The notes under the pieces are model-generated. The model was not told where the DNA came from, did no database searches, and was given only the letters and a program-made list of their open reading frames with translations. Shown here piece after piece: positions 43,301 through 54,500 of a stretch of DNA of 54,973 nt (the stretch's first letter is position 1; every line of letters starts with the position of its first letter). Where the stretch lies: positions 1 through 54,973 of IMG/VR virus record IMGVR_UViG_3300046752_000076; one strand, given 5' to 3'. Source of the DNA: a virus. Lineage: Duplodnaviria > Caudoviricetes. The position numbers were made by a program, and so were the translations under genes.

Positions 43301-45226
43301 TTACTGCGAGTTAGACACCCACGATGGTACGACTGTTTCGCGTGTTGATTTCGTCCACTCTTCTACTGTTGAAACGGGACGACCAACCCTGTCTGCAATC
43401 TCTCCATCTGATAGCGGTGGGCGAATAGCACCTGTCGCATCTGTCCACTCTTTTGCAAAACCGATAGCCCTTTGCTTCGCTGTCTTTGGGCTAATGACCT
43501 TTATCGTGTCGTCCATTGATGATGAGGTAAACGCTAGATTATATACTGGCTCATGCGCGTCAGACCACTCACGAACTTTCCCGTACCGTATCTGCATCAT
43601 CACGTCTATCCGACGACCTTCTGCCTCGGCAGCAGCTAAGATGTCAGTAAATGGACTAGCAGGAATGTTACCTTCGTAGAGGCCAGCCTTTACATCAGCA
43701 GTCTCTTGATCCCAGAACACTTGTGTAATCTTCATCTGAGTTTCGAGTACAGTTAATTGATTAGAGCTTCCTGCTTCTCTGCCCGACGCTGTACCCTCGG
43801 ACGGTTTGTTGCTGTGGTGCAGCAACCAAACAACCAGCCCTGCATTACGTAACTTCAAACAAAGTTGGTTGATGTACCCCCACTGTTCGGCAGAGTTTTC
43901 TTGTAGACCTGGAAACGCCGAACGAATGGTATCGATAACCACATGCGTAGGCTTCGTGGCTTTAATCCACTGCTCAAAATTTTTGATGCCAGCTTCGTTC
44001 ATTAAGTTCATATCTCGTTGATCGTGGAACGGTGCCCAAATCATAAAGTCACTGGCTGCCTCTCCGTACGAACGACGTGATCGATCAAGAAACTTAGCGA
44101 TGTTAGCCCTGCTGTTTTCAAAATCGAAATACAAAACTTTTGATCTTTCAGCTATATCGAACGGCCCAAAACGATGTTGCCCAGAACACGCTGCGTACAA
44201 AAGATTACGTACGAACATAGATTTACCATGACCACTATACCCAAACACTTGGACAATCGTGCCTGTCGTTGGGACAATCGGATCGATATAGAACTTCATA
44301 TTATCCACGTACTTCTGTAACTCGTCCAAGCTGTCAGTAGTAATAGGATTAAATACGTTAGGCTCTGGTTGCTTGACCTCTACTATATTGCCTTTCCGTA
44401 TCTCTGCTTGCTCTGCTCTCTCGCACATCTGGCGCACTTTTTTATCGTCAATATGATTTTGGAAAAACTCATTCATAAAAAGTTGAGCACCACTTTCTAA
44501 GTCTGCGCCTCTCTCTCCTTGTCCAGCAAGTGAGGATATATACTTATAAAGCCTATCGTCTCTGCCATTACCGCCACCGTCAGGTAACTTACCTACCTTT
44601 GCAACTAACTCTTCAGTGCGCTGCCAAATAGGTTTGTCTACATAAACGTCGTCAAGGCTCATACCTTCTAAACGAAATTGGCTGATGTCTACTACATTAC
44701 TAGACTTAGAAACTGTAAATCGAGGCGGCTTATAAACAGGCATGTCATCAAAGTCAGTGCCTTCAGATATAACCCATTCGTAGTTTTTGCTTGGCGGTGC
44801 AAGGCAGTAACCTTTAGAACCACGCAAGTCCAACCCATCTATCTGAGGCCATTCGCTACCATCAGTTGTAGAGCCAGCTCTATTTTTTATCCACCCCGAT
44901 CCGCTCGGAAACGAAAAGTAAAAATGACGACCACGTTTTGTCTTTACTTGTATCGGTGTCTTAGTCAGGCCAAACTTCTCTGCTGCTTCGAGAGCCTCAT
45001 TATTATCGCAATCAACAATAACAAGGCCGCTCAGTTCGCATGAAGCAATTGCTACATTAGCATTTGGTGATCTTTTCCACCATGAAATTACCTCTTCTTC
45101 TGAAGGTAATCTCTTCTCGTCAACATAGATACCCCACTTTTCAGTTGGTTGTTTCGTATCTGGTGCGATTGGTATCGGCAACCAGCCCTGATCCAGATAC
45201 TCTAGTGCTGCGTCTAAGGTGTTCAT
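43301..45226 (-). CDS. Bifunctional primase-polymerase fused to AAA_25/RecA-like helicase
   Basis: ALEYLDQGWLPIPI, LVIVDCD, TKRGRHFYF, DLRG...APPS; GYSGHGKS, VLYFDFEN, VVIDT, LHHSNK. Confidence 0.92.
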   Translation of the reverse strand: MNTLDAALEYLDQGWLPIPIAPDTKQPTEKWGIYVDEKRLPSEEEVISWWKRSPNANVAIASCELSGLVIVDCDNNEALEAAEKFGLTKTPIQVKTKRGRHFYFSFPSGSGWIKNRAGSTTDGSEWPQIDGLDLRGSKGYCLAPPSKNYEWVISEGTDFDDMPVYKPPRFTVSKSSNVVDISQFRLEGMSLDDVYVDKPIWQRTEELVAKVGKLPDGGGNGRDDRLYKYISSLAGQGERGADLESGAQLFMNEFFQNHIDDKKVRQMCERAEQAEIRKGNIVEVKQPEPNVFNPITTDSLDELQKYVDNMKFYIDPIVPTTGTIVQVFGYSGHGKSMFVRNLLYAACSGQHRFGPFDIAERSKVLYFDFENSRANIAKFLDRSRRSYGEAASDFMIWAPFHDQRDMNLMNEAGIKNFEQWIKATKPTHVVIDTIRSAFPGLQENSAEQWGYINQLCLKLRNAGLVVWLLHHSNKPSEGTASGREAGSSNQLTVLETQMKITQVFWDQETADVKAGLYEGNIPASPFTDILAAAEAEGRRIDVMMQIRYGKVREWSDAHEPVYNLAFTSSSMDDTIKVISPKTAKQRAIGFAKEWTDATGAIRPPLSDGEIADRVGRPVSTVEEWTKSTRETVVPSWVSNSQ

Positions 45227-45416
45227 TCATTTCCTCCGTGAAGTATTGATCGAGGTCAAGCGTAGGCCAAGCCTCTTTGATGCGTGATAAGTAAGTGGAG
45301 GAAACAAAGTCTCTTCGTACCCACCCGTAAGGGGTAGTGCGGCAAATGCCTAATGACTTAGCTACGTACGGTGCGCCGCCAAGATCATCTATTAGTTTTT
45401 GTATGTCGAAGTGCAT
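45141..45416 (-). CDS. Cro-like HTH protein
   Basis: LIDDLGGAPYVAKSLGICRTTPYGWVRR; divergent from the 45520 operon. Confidence 0.75.
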   Translation of the reverse strand: MHFDIQKLIDDLGGAPYVAKSLGICRTTPYGWVRRDFVSSTYLSRIKEAWPTLDLDQYFTEEMNEHLRRSTRVSGSGLVADTNRTRYETTN

Positions 45417-45519
45417 TTTTTTTGTTTTCCTCTTGCAATAATGTTGGATGTATCATATACGATACTTAAACACAACCTATGATCTGTATAAAGATCGATA
45501 AAATTCAAGGGTCAACTTC

Positions 45520-45939
45520 ATGGAAGAAGAAATAATATTCGGTGACAATCTTCTATCTGTTCCTAAACACCCAAAGGAAGATAGACTTCGCCAACACGCT
45601 ACCCAATACGCAGAAACCCTAGCAAAGCTTGAGCATCTTAAAGATAATATAGACTATCTTAAAGAAATTTTGCTCTCTGATCTACCCCAAGAGGCAGGAG
45701 ATTACCCTGTCGAAATGGACGACGGACGTACTCTGATGATTAAGGTACCAGAGAAATGGACGTGGGATAAGAAGTTGTTAAAAGATACCTACGAAGTATC
45801 TGGACTTCCTGAATGTGTATCACAAAGTTTTCTCGTTGATCGGAAAAAATACGAAGCCGCCCCCGACAACGTGAGAGAGGTGCTCAAGAAAGCACTGACT
45901 ATTCAATGCGGCTCACCAACAATCAAGGTTCAACAATGA
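45520..45939 (+). CDS. Hypothetical recombination-module protein
   Basis: 139 aa, N-terminal coiled coil, upstream of the Sak4-like gene. Confidence 0.6.
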   Translation: MEEEIIFGDNLLSVPKHPKEDRLRQHATQYAETLAKLEHLKDNIDYLKEILLSDLPQEAGDYPVEMDDGRTLMIKVPEKWTWDKKLLKDTYEVSGLPECVSQSFLVDRKKYEAAPDNVREVLKKALTIQCGSPTIKVQQ

Positions 45940-46718
45940 AGATAACACCGCTCAAGACAACGGATGCTACTATTAGTAGCAAATCCAAGACCTTGGTGTA
46001 CGGGCCACACGGATCGGGTAAGACAACCCAGTGTGCGAACTACGCCAAACGATTTGGGAAGGGCATCATTCTATCAGGAGAAGGTGGGCTTTCGTCTATC
46101 TCTGATATGGAAATTGATTACCTTCCCTTTAGTACGTTTAAAGCAGAGCCTAAAAAAGAAGGTTCATATTCTTTTGTTCAGTTGATGCACTACATGGCAT
46201 CGGACGAGTTTAAAAAAGAAAAGTACCAATGGGTTGCGATAGACAGCGTGACAGAGCTTTCGCAAAGATGCTTTGCAGAAGTGGAACAGGCGCAAAAAGA
46301 TAAAGCAAATAGCTATGATCTGTGGACTATCTACGGACGAGAGATAACTGCTGCGCTCAAGTGGATAAGAGACTTGGATATGCACGTCGTAATGATGTCT
46401 CTTGCTACTGCAAAAGAAGACAAAAGTAACGGCACGACGATGTACTGGCCTATGATGAACCAAGCTAAAATATCAGAGCTGTTGCCTGCGTTATTTGATA
46501 ATGTGTTTGCTCTTATACGAAAGACAAACGAGCAGAACGGCAAGATGACCGTTCAAAGGTATTTGGTGACTGACCAAGTAGGTGGTTGGTACGGCAAGGT
46601 TCGTGACCCCAATCGTCGCCTAGCTCCATTCGAGAACGAGCACGATGTCACCAAGTTATTGGATATAATTTACATGAAAGATGATGAGTACAAAAAGAGG
46701 AGTACAGTAAATGAGTGA
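45936..46718 (+). CDS. Sak4-like ssDNA annealing ATPase (AAA_24)
   Basis: LVYGPHGSGKTT, EGGL, VAIDSVTE, ALFDNV, GKVR; likely start MKITP by ATGA coupling. Confidence 0.85.
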   Translation: MKITPLKTTDATISSKSKTLVYGPHGSGKTTQCANYAKRFGKGIILSGEGGLSSISDMEIDYLPFSTFKAEPKKEGSYSFVQLMHYMASDEFKKEKYQWVAIDSVTELSQRCFAEVEQAQKDKANSYDLWTIYGREITAALKWIRDLDMHVVMMSLATAKEDKSNGTTMYWPMMNQAKISELLPALFDNVFALIRKTNEQNGKMTVQRYLVTDQVGGWYGKVRDPNRRLAPFENEHDVTKLLDIIYMKDDEYKKRSTVNE

Positions 46719-47151
46719 TTTCATGGGACTAGAGGGCATGGATTTATCCGATGTCGAAGTAAGCACTAACAGAATATTAAGCGTTGGTAGGCACGTCGTT
46801 AAGATTAACGATGCTACCGTTGAGAAGGATGATGGTAAAGATACTGCTCGCCTTGTTCTTTCTTACGAAAATTCTGACGGTAGTATTCGTCAATGGATTT
46901 ATCTGTATCATGGCGGTTCGCCCAAAGCTACCGAGGTTGGCAAGAAGCAGCTTAAAGAGTTGCTCCTAATGACAGGCCACGACGGTAAAGAAGCACCTAA
47001 CGCCTCTTACTTTAAGGGTAAGTCTGTAGGCATCAACGTAAAGAATGAAGAATATAATGGTAAGACCCAATCGAAGGTGTCTTACTTCTTTACGCCTAAA
47101 GAAAAGGAAGCTTCTAGCGGTGACATTAAAGATGACGAAATTCCTTTTTGA
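46711..47151 (+). CDS. ssDNA-binding protein (DUF669-like)
   Basis: 146 aa with EEYNGK motif and acidic C-terminal DDEIPF. Confidence 0.8.
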   Translation: MSDFMGLEGMDLSDVEVSTNRILSVGRHVVKINDATVEKDDGKDTARLVLSYENSDGSIRQWIYLYHGGSPKATEVGKKQLKELLLMTGHDGKEAPNASYFKGKSVGINVKNEEYNGKTQSKVSYFFTPKEKEASSGDIKDDEIPF

Positions 47152-47978
47152 TGCACCCAATACACCCCCTAGCGCAAAGTGTTCTTGATGCTATAGATCA
47201 GGGCTACGAGCAGGAAGATCGAGGAGAGGCACGATGTTATATCGGTGCTAGTATGGCAGGGACAGATTGCGTAGCGCAAATGTCTCTTTCTCTTCGTGGC
47301 TTCCCTGATGTACCTGTTGATCCACAGTTACAGAGAATATTTTTTGCTGGGCACAAGATCGAGGATTGGGTTGTTTACGACCTTAAAAGAAGAGCCGATC
47401 TTAGGGTGTTTGAGAAAGACGATTTAACAGGTCGTCAGCATAGGAAAGAGTGGCTGAACGGTCATGTGGTTTGTAACTCAGATGGGCTTGTAGACTTTGA
47501 AGATGGTTCGGGTCAGGCAATCCTAGAGATCAAATCGATGAACGATGCAAACTTTAAGAAGTTTATGTCAGTCGGAGTAAAGGCATCGCATCGAAAGTAT
47601 TATCGGCAAATGCAGATGATGATGGCGATGTTTAGGATCGAGCGTAGTTTGTTTGTTTCGTACAATAAAAATAACAGTCAATATCATTGTGAAATAGTTC
47701 TATTCGATCAAGAAGAATGGGACGAAATGTACGTTAAGATACAAGCTGCTCTTGATGGGCAGGCAGGACGTGTCGCTGCGACACCCGAAGATTGGAGATG
47801 CAAGTCGTGCTTCAAGAGGGAAAGCTGTTGGAATATTCCAGATGTTCGTCCTGCCTGTCGTTTCTGTAAACATAGCTTTGCGAATAAAGATGGTGGGTGG
47901 ACATGCAAGCTGAACAATCAAGAGTGTGAAGGCACTTGCGATCAGTACGAAATGTTTAGACCAACCGAGAAAGTATAA
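47148..47978 (+). CDS. Cas4-like/PD-(D/E)XK exonuclease
   Basis: IGAS...C, DG...LEIKS, YYRQMQ, WRCKSC...C and extra CRFC. Confidence 0.85.
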   Translation: MMHPIHPLAQSVLDAIDQGYEQEDRGEARCYIGASMAGTDCVAQMSLSLRGFPDVPVDPQLQRIFFAGHKIEDWVVYDLKRRADLRVFEKDDLTGRQHRKEWLNGHVVCNSDGLVDFEDGSGQAILEIKSMNDANFKKFMSVGVKASHRKYYRQMQMMMAMFRIERSLFVSYNKNNSQYHCEIVLFDQEEWDEMYVKIQAALDGQAGRVAATPEDWRCKSCFKRESCWNIPDVRPACRFCKHSFANKDGGWTCKLNNQECEGTCDQYEMFRPTEKV

Positions 47979-47980
47979 CA

Positions 47981-48211
47981 ATGGACGAAATATTTACTGA
48001 ATTAAGTGATGCACGTCAGGGTATTATCAGGAAAGAAGCTGAGATCGAGAGTATATACGAACGACTTGAGGCTTTAGATACGACAGATGTTGACGATATT
48101 CACCGTGCCAAAACAAAGTTACGGCATGAGAAAGAGCGTCTGGTTGATCTTAAATGTAGAGCAACCGAACTTGAAATTGACCTTATGAGAAGGCAGAAAA
48201 AATATGAGTAA
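47981..48211 (+). CDS. Hypothetical coiled-coil protein
   Basis: 76 aa in operon. Confidence 0.6.
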   Translation: MDEIFTELSDARQGIIRKEAEIESIYERLEALDTTDVDDIHRAKTKLRHEKERLVDLKCRATELEIDLMRRQKKYE

Positions 48212-48512
48212 GCTGCGCGACCTACCTTTGGATGAGGGTAAGAGACTAATTAACACTGACCGTAACAAAGAGTATGGCGAACCATACGATAACTTCTCTG
48301 ACATAGCTGCGATGATAACGGCTATACTGCGAAGCATCCTCAAAGATGGTGAGCGCGTACGTGTCGAGCATGTTGCAATGATAATGATTATCGTCAAGCT
48401 TTCGCGTATGACCACATCACCCGATAAGTTCGATAGTTGGGCAGACATTGCAGGCTACGTAGGAACTGGATGGGAAGCTATTGCTGTTGATCGGGGGATA
48501 AATACCGACTAA
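48204..48512 (+). CDS. DUF6378-like phage protein
   Basis: DRNKEYGEPYDNF...KLSR...DSWADIAGY. Confidence 0.8.
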   Translation: MSKLRDLPLDEGKRLINTDRNKEYGEPYDNFSDIAAMITAILRSILKDGERVRVEHVAMIMIIVKLSRMTTSPDKFDSWADIAGYVGTGWEAIAVDRGINTD

Positions 48513-51500
48513 CCCCAACCATTACCCCAGCCTGATTTACTACCGCCCTTCTTGCTGCGCTCTCCTGCAACACTATCTACGATACCTTCTTTAGCCCAAG
48601 ACACGCCACCGAGAACTGGTACTCGTCCTACTACTTCTCGAACTGCTGCTCTCTTTTCTCCGTTGGTATCGTCTTGATCCCACCATGATCGAGCACCTTG
48701 AAGCACAGTCGTAGCGTCATTGAATAGCCCAACTGTCGGGCCACCAATTGTTTCTAAGTTTCTTTGTGCTCCGTACGCACCGTTATCAGATTGTGAAGCT
48801 ATGTCGTACATCAGCTCGCCAATAAGACCAAGACCACCTAAAGCTATCATACCATCAAAGTACCAACCCATAAGCATATCCATGTCTTCGTTTTCTTCAA
48901 AGGCAGTGGTCAGTGTTTCAGAAAGCTTTCGTTCACGTAAGGTAAACTCCCTGTTATCTTCACCACCACGACCTTGAATAATGTCTTTCGTACCGACAGC
49001 TATACCACCCATGGCAGGGCCAGCTACTAAAAGCGCAGCCAGTGGTGCAAGTCTATTGTCACTTTGTCCTACAAAAGCTTTTGCGAAGTTAGCGCCACGT
49101 TCAGCAGTAGTGTTACCTCTAAATGCTTCGCCAGCCACAGTGTTTATCAGTCTTGTCATCATCAAAGGATATGATTTCAACTGAAACGCAATCGCACCTA
49201 GCGGTGTTTGTGCCCATAACGGTATGTCATTTGGGTTAGGCGTAAAGATCATTTGGTTTGTCAGCTTAATCATAGAAGCCGAAACTTTATCAGCCATTGG
49301 ATGTTCGTTATTTGTAAAACGGCTTTCCATTATCATATCTAAATCAAGTGACTGATCTTGTACTAACTCACCTAAACCCTCTTCGTTAAGTATACGACGA
49401 GCAATACGACCAGCTCTAGAATTCGGACGCTGCTTTAAAATTCTATGCTGGGCTTTAACGTGTTCGTACGATACGGCAGCAGCCACATCTCTCATCATGT
49501 CTGTCCAGGGGGTAAGCAATGTGGCGTTAAAAAAGCCAGTCATAAACTGCGTACTATCTACCCCATGAGCAACCGTAAGTCTTTGATGCACTGCGTTTTC
49601 TGTAGCAGCACCGATATTTCGGATCATATCTCGATACTCTGGATCAACTGCAAACTTACGAAGAGATTTAACATATGCGCCCATATCACCCGTTCGTACT
49701 AACGGCAGCACTAGATCACCAAGAGACGTTAAGGTTGTGAACCCAAGTAGTGTAACTGCGTTGACCCCACGTAACCATTTAGAAGCGTTACGCATAGAAA
49801 ATGTTCCATGTACTCCATCAATAGGTCGTCGCATTGCAGAGTTCATAAAACCTTGTGCGTGCTGTAGGTTTCTGTTTGATGGTACGTCGGTAAGACCTTT
49901 TGTGTCGCCTAGCGCACTAGCTATTGCAGAAGCTCTTTTTTTAAAGTTGTTACGTAAAAGCTCTGCGTCTGGGTTGTCGTCAAGCCTATCACCAAGAAGT
50001 TCCATAATGTTAGCTTCTATCTCAGGTGCTGTTTTACCGTCCCTTGCCATATCAATAAGCTGTTGAGCTTTTTGTTCTGCTTCAAACTTATTTTTTATTG
50101 GCGCATAGAAATAATCATTTCTAAACGTCTGGGTTTTGGTGCCGTGATCTGTCATGCCTGATCGCGTCCAATTAGTTGTAATAATCTTATTGCTTGAAAG
50201 CAGCTTTCCAATAGCCTGACGAGCGTTCATTGGCTGAGACAGGATAGCCATGTAATCATGGTATCCATGTGCGCCTACTCCAAATTTTTCTGATATGTCT
50301 ATACGATGTTCTAAGTTGTCACTGTATTTAGTCATAGCAACGAGCAGATCATTCTCTAAAAACACACCCAAGCTATCAGGTACATCCATGTCAGCAAACT
50401 CTGGGAACTCGTCAAGGCGAATAAGTCTGGTGTAGTCTAAGTGATCTGACTGATCTCCTGCTTTATCGGCGTTACGTTTAAAGTTTTGCGCTGGGTTAGA
50501 GTACACACCATCTTCGTCTGTAAGTCTTTGCATTACGCGTCGAGCTGCCGCTTCTGCTTTAGCCGCTTCGCCTGTTCCGTTTCTTTCTGCCAAGAAATAC
50601 TTTTTAAGTCTGCGAACAAACTCTTCTGGGTCGGCTTGGATCAAGTCCTTGCGCCATACCTGTGGGAAATAGTTTTTCTTTAAGTTGCCAACAAGAGCAC
50701 CAGATGCACGCAATCGACCAGTAGCTTCGTCAAGATAACCACGTACATGGTCATATGTAATCCTTTCTGATGGGTCAAGTTCACCAACTTTATTTGCATC
50801 TCGTAGCGCACTGATAATTCGTAAGTGGCTGGCTGGCTGTGTCATACGGCGTCTTGGGTTGATGCCCATTGCACCCATTGCACTTTCAGCCATCATTTGT
50901 GGCCCTGTTCGAAAGTAGTTTGTAAGTTTATTTTTACTATCAGGTAACTCTTTTAGCATTTTTGTAAGAGGTATAATAAACTTACCCATACGTGCGTTTG
51001 TTCTTTCAAAGTGACCACCACTTCCATCCGTAGGCTCAAAGAAATTAGCAAGATTTCTTATACCCGAACGGTTCATTATTTTTGAGTTAGTACGAAACGG
51101 ATTGTAAATATTAGACTTACGTATTTCGGCTGCTGCATCAGCAGGCATACCTCTTCCCCTGGCAACTGCCACCATTGCTTCTAGCGTACGAGCAGGAACG
51201 CCAGCTTCTTCTAGTTCTCCTGCTGCTTGGTTTATAACTCGTATTGTGTTGTCACCTTCGACGGCTTGGATTATTCTACCGTTTACTGAGTGAAGCTGTG
51301 AACCTTCACCAATAACAGGTGTTGATGCTTCAAACACATCACTTCGTATGTTACGAACGTTTCGGTTAGACAGCATCATTTTAACGTCACCAAGATTTAC
51401 GCTAGTAAAACCAGCCTCTTGCATTGACTTCTTAAACTTACGAACGCCGCCCATAATTCCTACAACCTTACGTGCCATTTCTTCGGCAGTATGCACACCC

Positions 51501-54500
51501 GTAATTGCGTCAAGGTCGTTAGCTTCTCTGTTCTTACCTAGTGATCTCATTTGCCCGATTAGTGTAGTGATAAGATCATCTGATCCTGCCATGTTTTCAA
51601 TAAATACAGCAGGAGTTGTATCTCTTACAAAAACAGGTTCTACAGTTGTAGATACTTCAACACCTAATCCTTGCAATTCTTCGGAAAGAAGATCATCCAT
51701 TGTGTATAGTTTATCTATGTGGGCTGACGAAGAACTGTTGTCTAATCTGGCAGTATTAATCTTTGCCCTTGCTAAACTAATTTGATCGACCAGCTCTGTT
51801 GCATCTTCTTTTTTATCTACTGGTGCAGAAGATATTAAAGCCTCTCTTACGTTCTCCATCGTATTGCTTGGTGCTCTAGTTACATATTGACCAGAACCAA
51901 ACACACCATCTCTTACACCGTCGCGATAAAAAGGAATAACGCTGTCGCCAGTAAACTCTCGCACGGCGGCATACCCAGAAGCTGTGTAGTCGCTAATTAT
52001 TTCGTGAGAAAAGTCTTCAGCAAACTCTGCTGGTACACGGTCAACAAACCTAGTTCGAGGACTTCCTTTTGATGGATTGGCACTACCGATCATGTCTCCA
52101 TAGGCAGTGATGCCAGAAAATCTTTCTCTCGCAACAGGACTTTTAATCATGCCGTTGAGTACATACCCAGCAGCTTCGGAAGCGTCTTGCTCTAGCTCTT
52201 CCAAAAAGTCATCAAACAAGTCAGCATCTTCGCCATCCATTATTCTAGAAATAGATTTTAGCTGTGGCTTACTTGAGTTAATGTCGTTTACTTCAGCAAG
52301 TGTATCGGCAAAAAGTTTCTCTGGCGATATGTTAAGTACTTGAGATGCCTTAGATAATACATTTCGAGAAGCGTGCGTAATAACATTGCTAGAATACAAC
52401 GCTTCTCCTACGAACGTAATAGCTTGCGTAACATCATCGCTTCGTTGCAAATTTGTCGCTGCTGTTCGTACGGCTTTTCTGTACGAAGAGTACGAATTTG
52501 CGTCAATTGATTGTGGCAGGCTTTCTGACCCAAGCCGAGCCATCCTTGCTGTAACTGTTCTAGCAGCAAGTTCGGTGTCGTTGCTTCGGTGTGTAATGCC
52601 TCGGAGATACTCACGCATTTTCATTGTAGCATTTGATGGTATCCCATTCTCGAAAGACGTACCCATATCTTGTGATTGCTCGATTATTATAGCATTACTT
52701 ACAGGTGTGGATTGTCTAGCCTTTCGAGCCTGCTTTCTGGTACGCATTAAGTGTTTTAAAATATTAGTTGCTTGCTCTGGTGATGCGCCAAAACCCTTTA
52801 TAACCTGTCCGTCTGCTGACATAGCAAGGCCAAGAGTTATTTCTGGTTGCTGCACAGATACTGCTATACCCTGATTGCCCCCCGTTTTTTCCTTGGACTG
52901 CATTTTATTAAAGATCGCCTGCTCTTCTTGAGTAAGCACAACATCTTTTGTTTCGGTATTAACAAGATGCTTAACTCTATTAGATAGCTTCTTACCAAAC
53001 TCGGTTGGCTTACCGTCTTTACCTATCTGACGACGATACTCGCTAAGAGCTTCAGCAAGTGAGTAATTGTTTAGATCATTACCCTTAGTGGATTTTGTTA
53101 CCTCTCCTGCAAACTCTCTGGCGTTTACTTTACCCTGATCTTGCATAATAGTTTGCATAGTTTTCTTAAACTTAGCTCTATTAAGATTAGTGACGCGCTT
53201 TACTTTTTGCTCGAAGTTCTTGATCTTTTCTATCTTTGCAGGAGTGAAAGAGTTTGCTTGGCGAAGCGACAACACTACGTCTGAAAGCTTGGCTTCTGGT
53301 ATATCACCGTACTCAATGTCTAGGTATGCCTCATTGATTTCGTCAAGCTTACCCTCTGAATATCTCTCAAGACCTTTATCCCAAAGCTCGATAATGTCTT
53401 TTTCCATATCAGAGTGGAATACAGAACCACCAATAATACTATCATCGCCTGCTTCGCTAACGGTGTAATCTGTAGATGCAGTGATCTCGTTTATTTGTTT
53501 AGCGTAATCACTCATACGCTTATGGCCTTTGATTGCTTTAAAAGCACCAGTATACCTACCGATAAGTACTGTATCTGTTGGCGTAATCTTGCCGTCTACT
53601 GAGCTACGTCTTGCTGCAATACCACGCGCTCTTTGTGTCATCGTTATAGATGAGAAAGCGTTTGCAATAGACCTTGCGGCAAAGGCAAGTTTTGCTGGAT
53701 CATGTAAATCAGGGTATCCTTCACGCGCTGCTTTAAACGCATGGATGCCTTCTCTGATTTCCATATACCTTGCCTGCAATGCTTTACCCAGTTTTGAGCT
53801 TGCATCTTTAGGGTTTGTAAACCTTGTGCGTAACGCTTCGTCTTTGTTTGCAATCATTTTTTCAAAGATTGCTTCGTACTCTTTAGAAACAAAATGCCTG
53901 TTTGTAATGTGGTTCCATAGCTTCTTAATAAGATCAGCAGCTTTATCAAAAAAGCTCATAGGAGCTATAGGAGCATTGTATTTGTGGTGTGCATATGTCG
54001 CGAACTGATTTGCAAAAACTTCAGCCGCATTTTGTTTTGCATTAGCAACCCCTGCGCTTTTGCCATTTATTTGTACGAGGGGAGAATGTGCATCGAGCAA
54101 AGTTCCTTCAACCCTGTCAGAGACAAAGCCTCCGTCAAACTTACCGTTAGCGTAATAGTATTCACCAACCTGTTCCCAAAACTCTCTTTTAAGTTCTGGC
54201 GTCATTAAGTTATCGTAAGCCCAATGACCAAGTTCGTGCATAATTGTAAACGATCCAGTTATGCCAGTCTTTGTACCGTCACGATCCATTTTGTCAGGAT
54301 CAAGAAAGATGCGGTTAAAATCATCACCCATTATAACCGCGCCTTCAGCTTCGGCTTGTAGGTTTTCCATATAGTTCGGAGAATTTATAGTACGGTCTTT
54401 AAACGTTTCTGCCTTTGCAGAATAAAGACCATTTACGTTGTCATCCATCATAACTGATAAATCGTAATTTTTTAGCCGCTCAAATATTGGTGCTCGATCT

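Noticed and set aside
36436-45723. GGACGAC copies near 36436, 43508 and 45717
   Set aside because: They lie deep in coding sequence with no nearby downstream start; their number fits chance.
47148-47978. CRISPR-Cas system
   Set aside because: The Cas4-like nuclease sits in a Sak4/SSB recombination operon; I saw no repeat-spacer array or other cas genes.
1184-54208. Many 60-210 aa antisense or alternate-frame ORFs in the track (e.g. 12633-13166 +, 26546-27151 -, 31227-31856 +, 33647-34291 -)
   Set aside because: They shadow well-supported genes and lack recognisable motifs.
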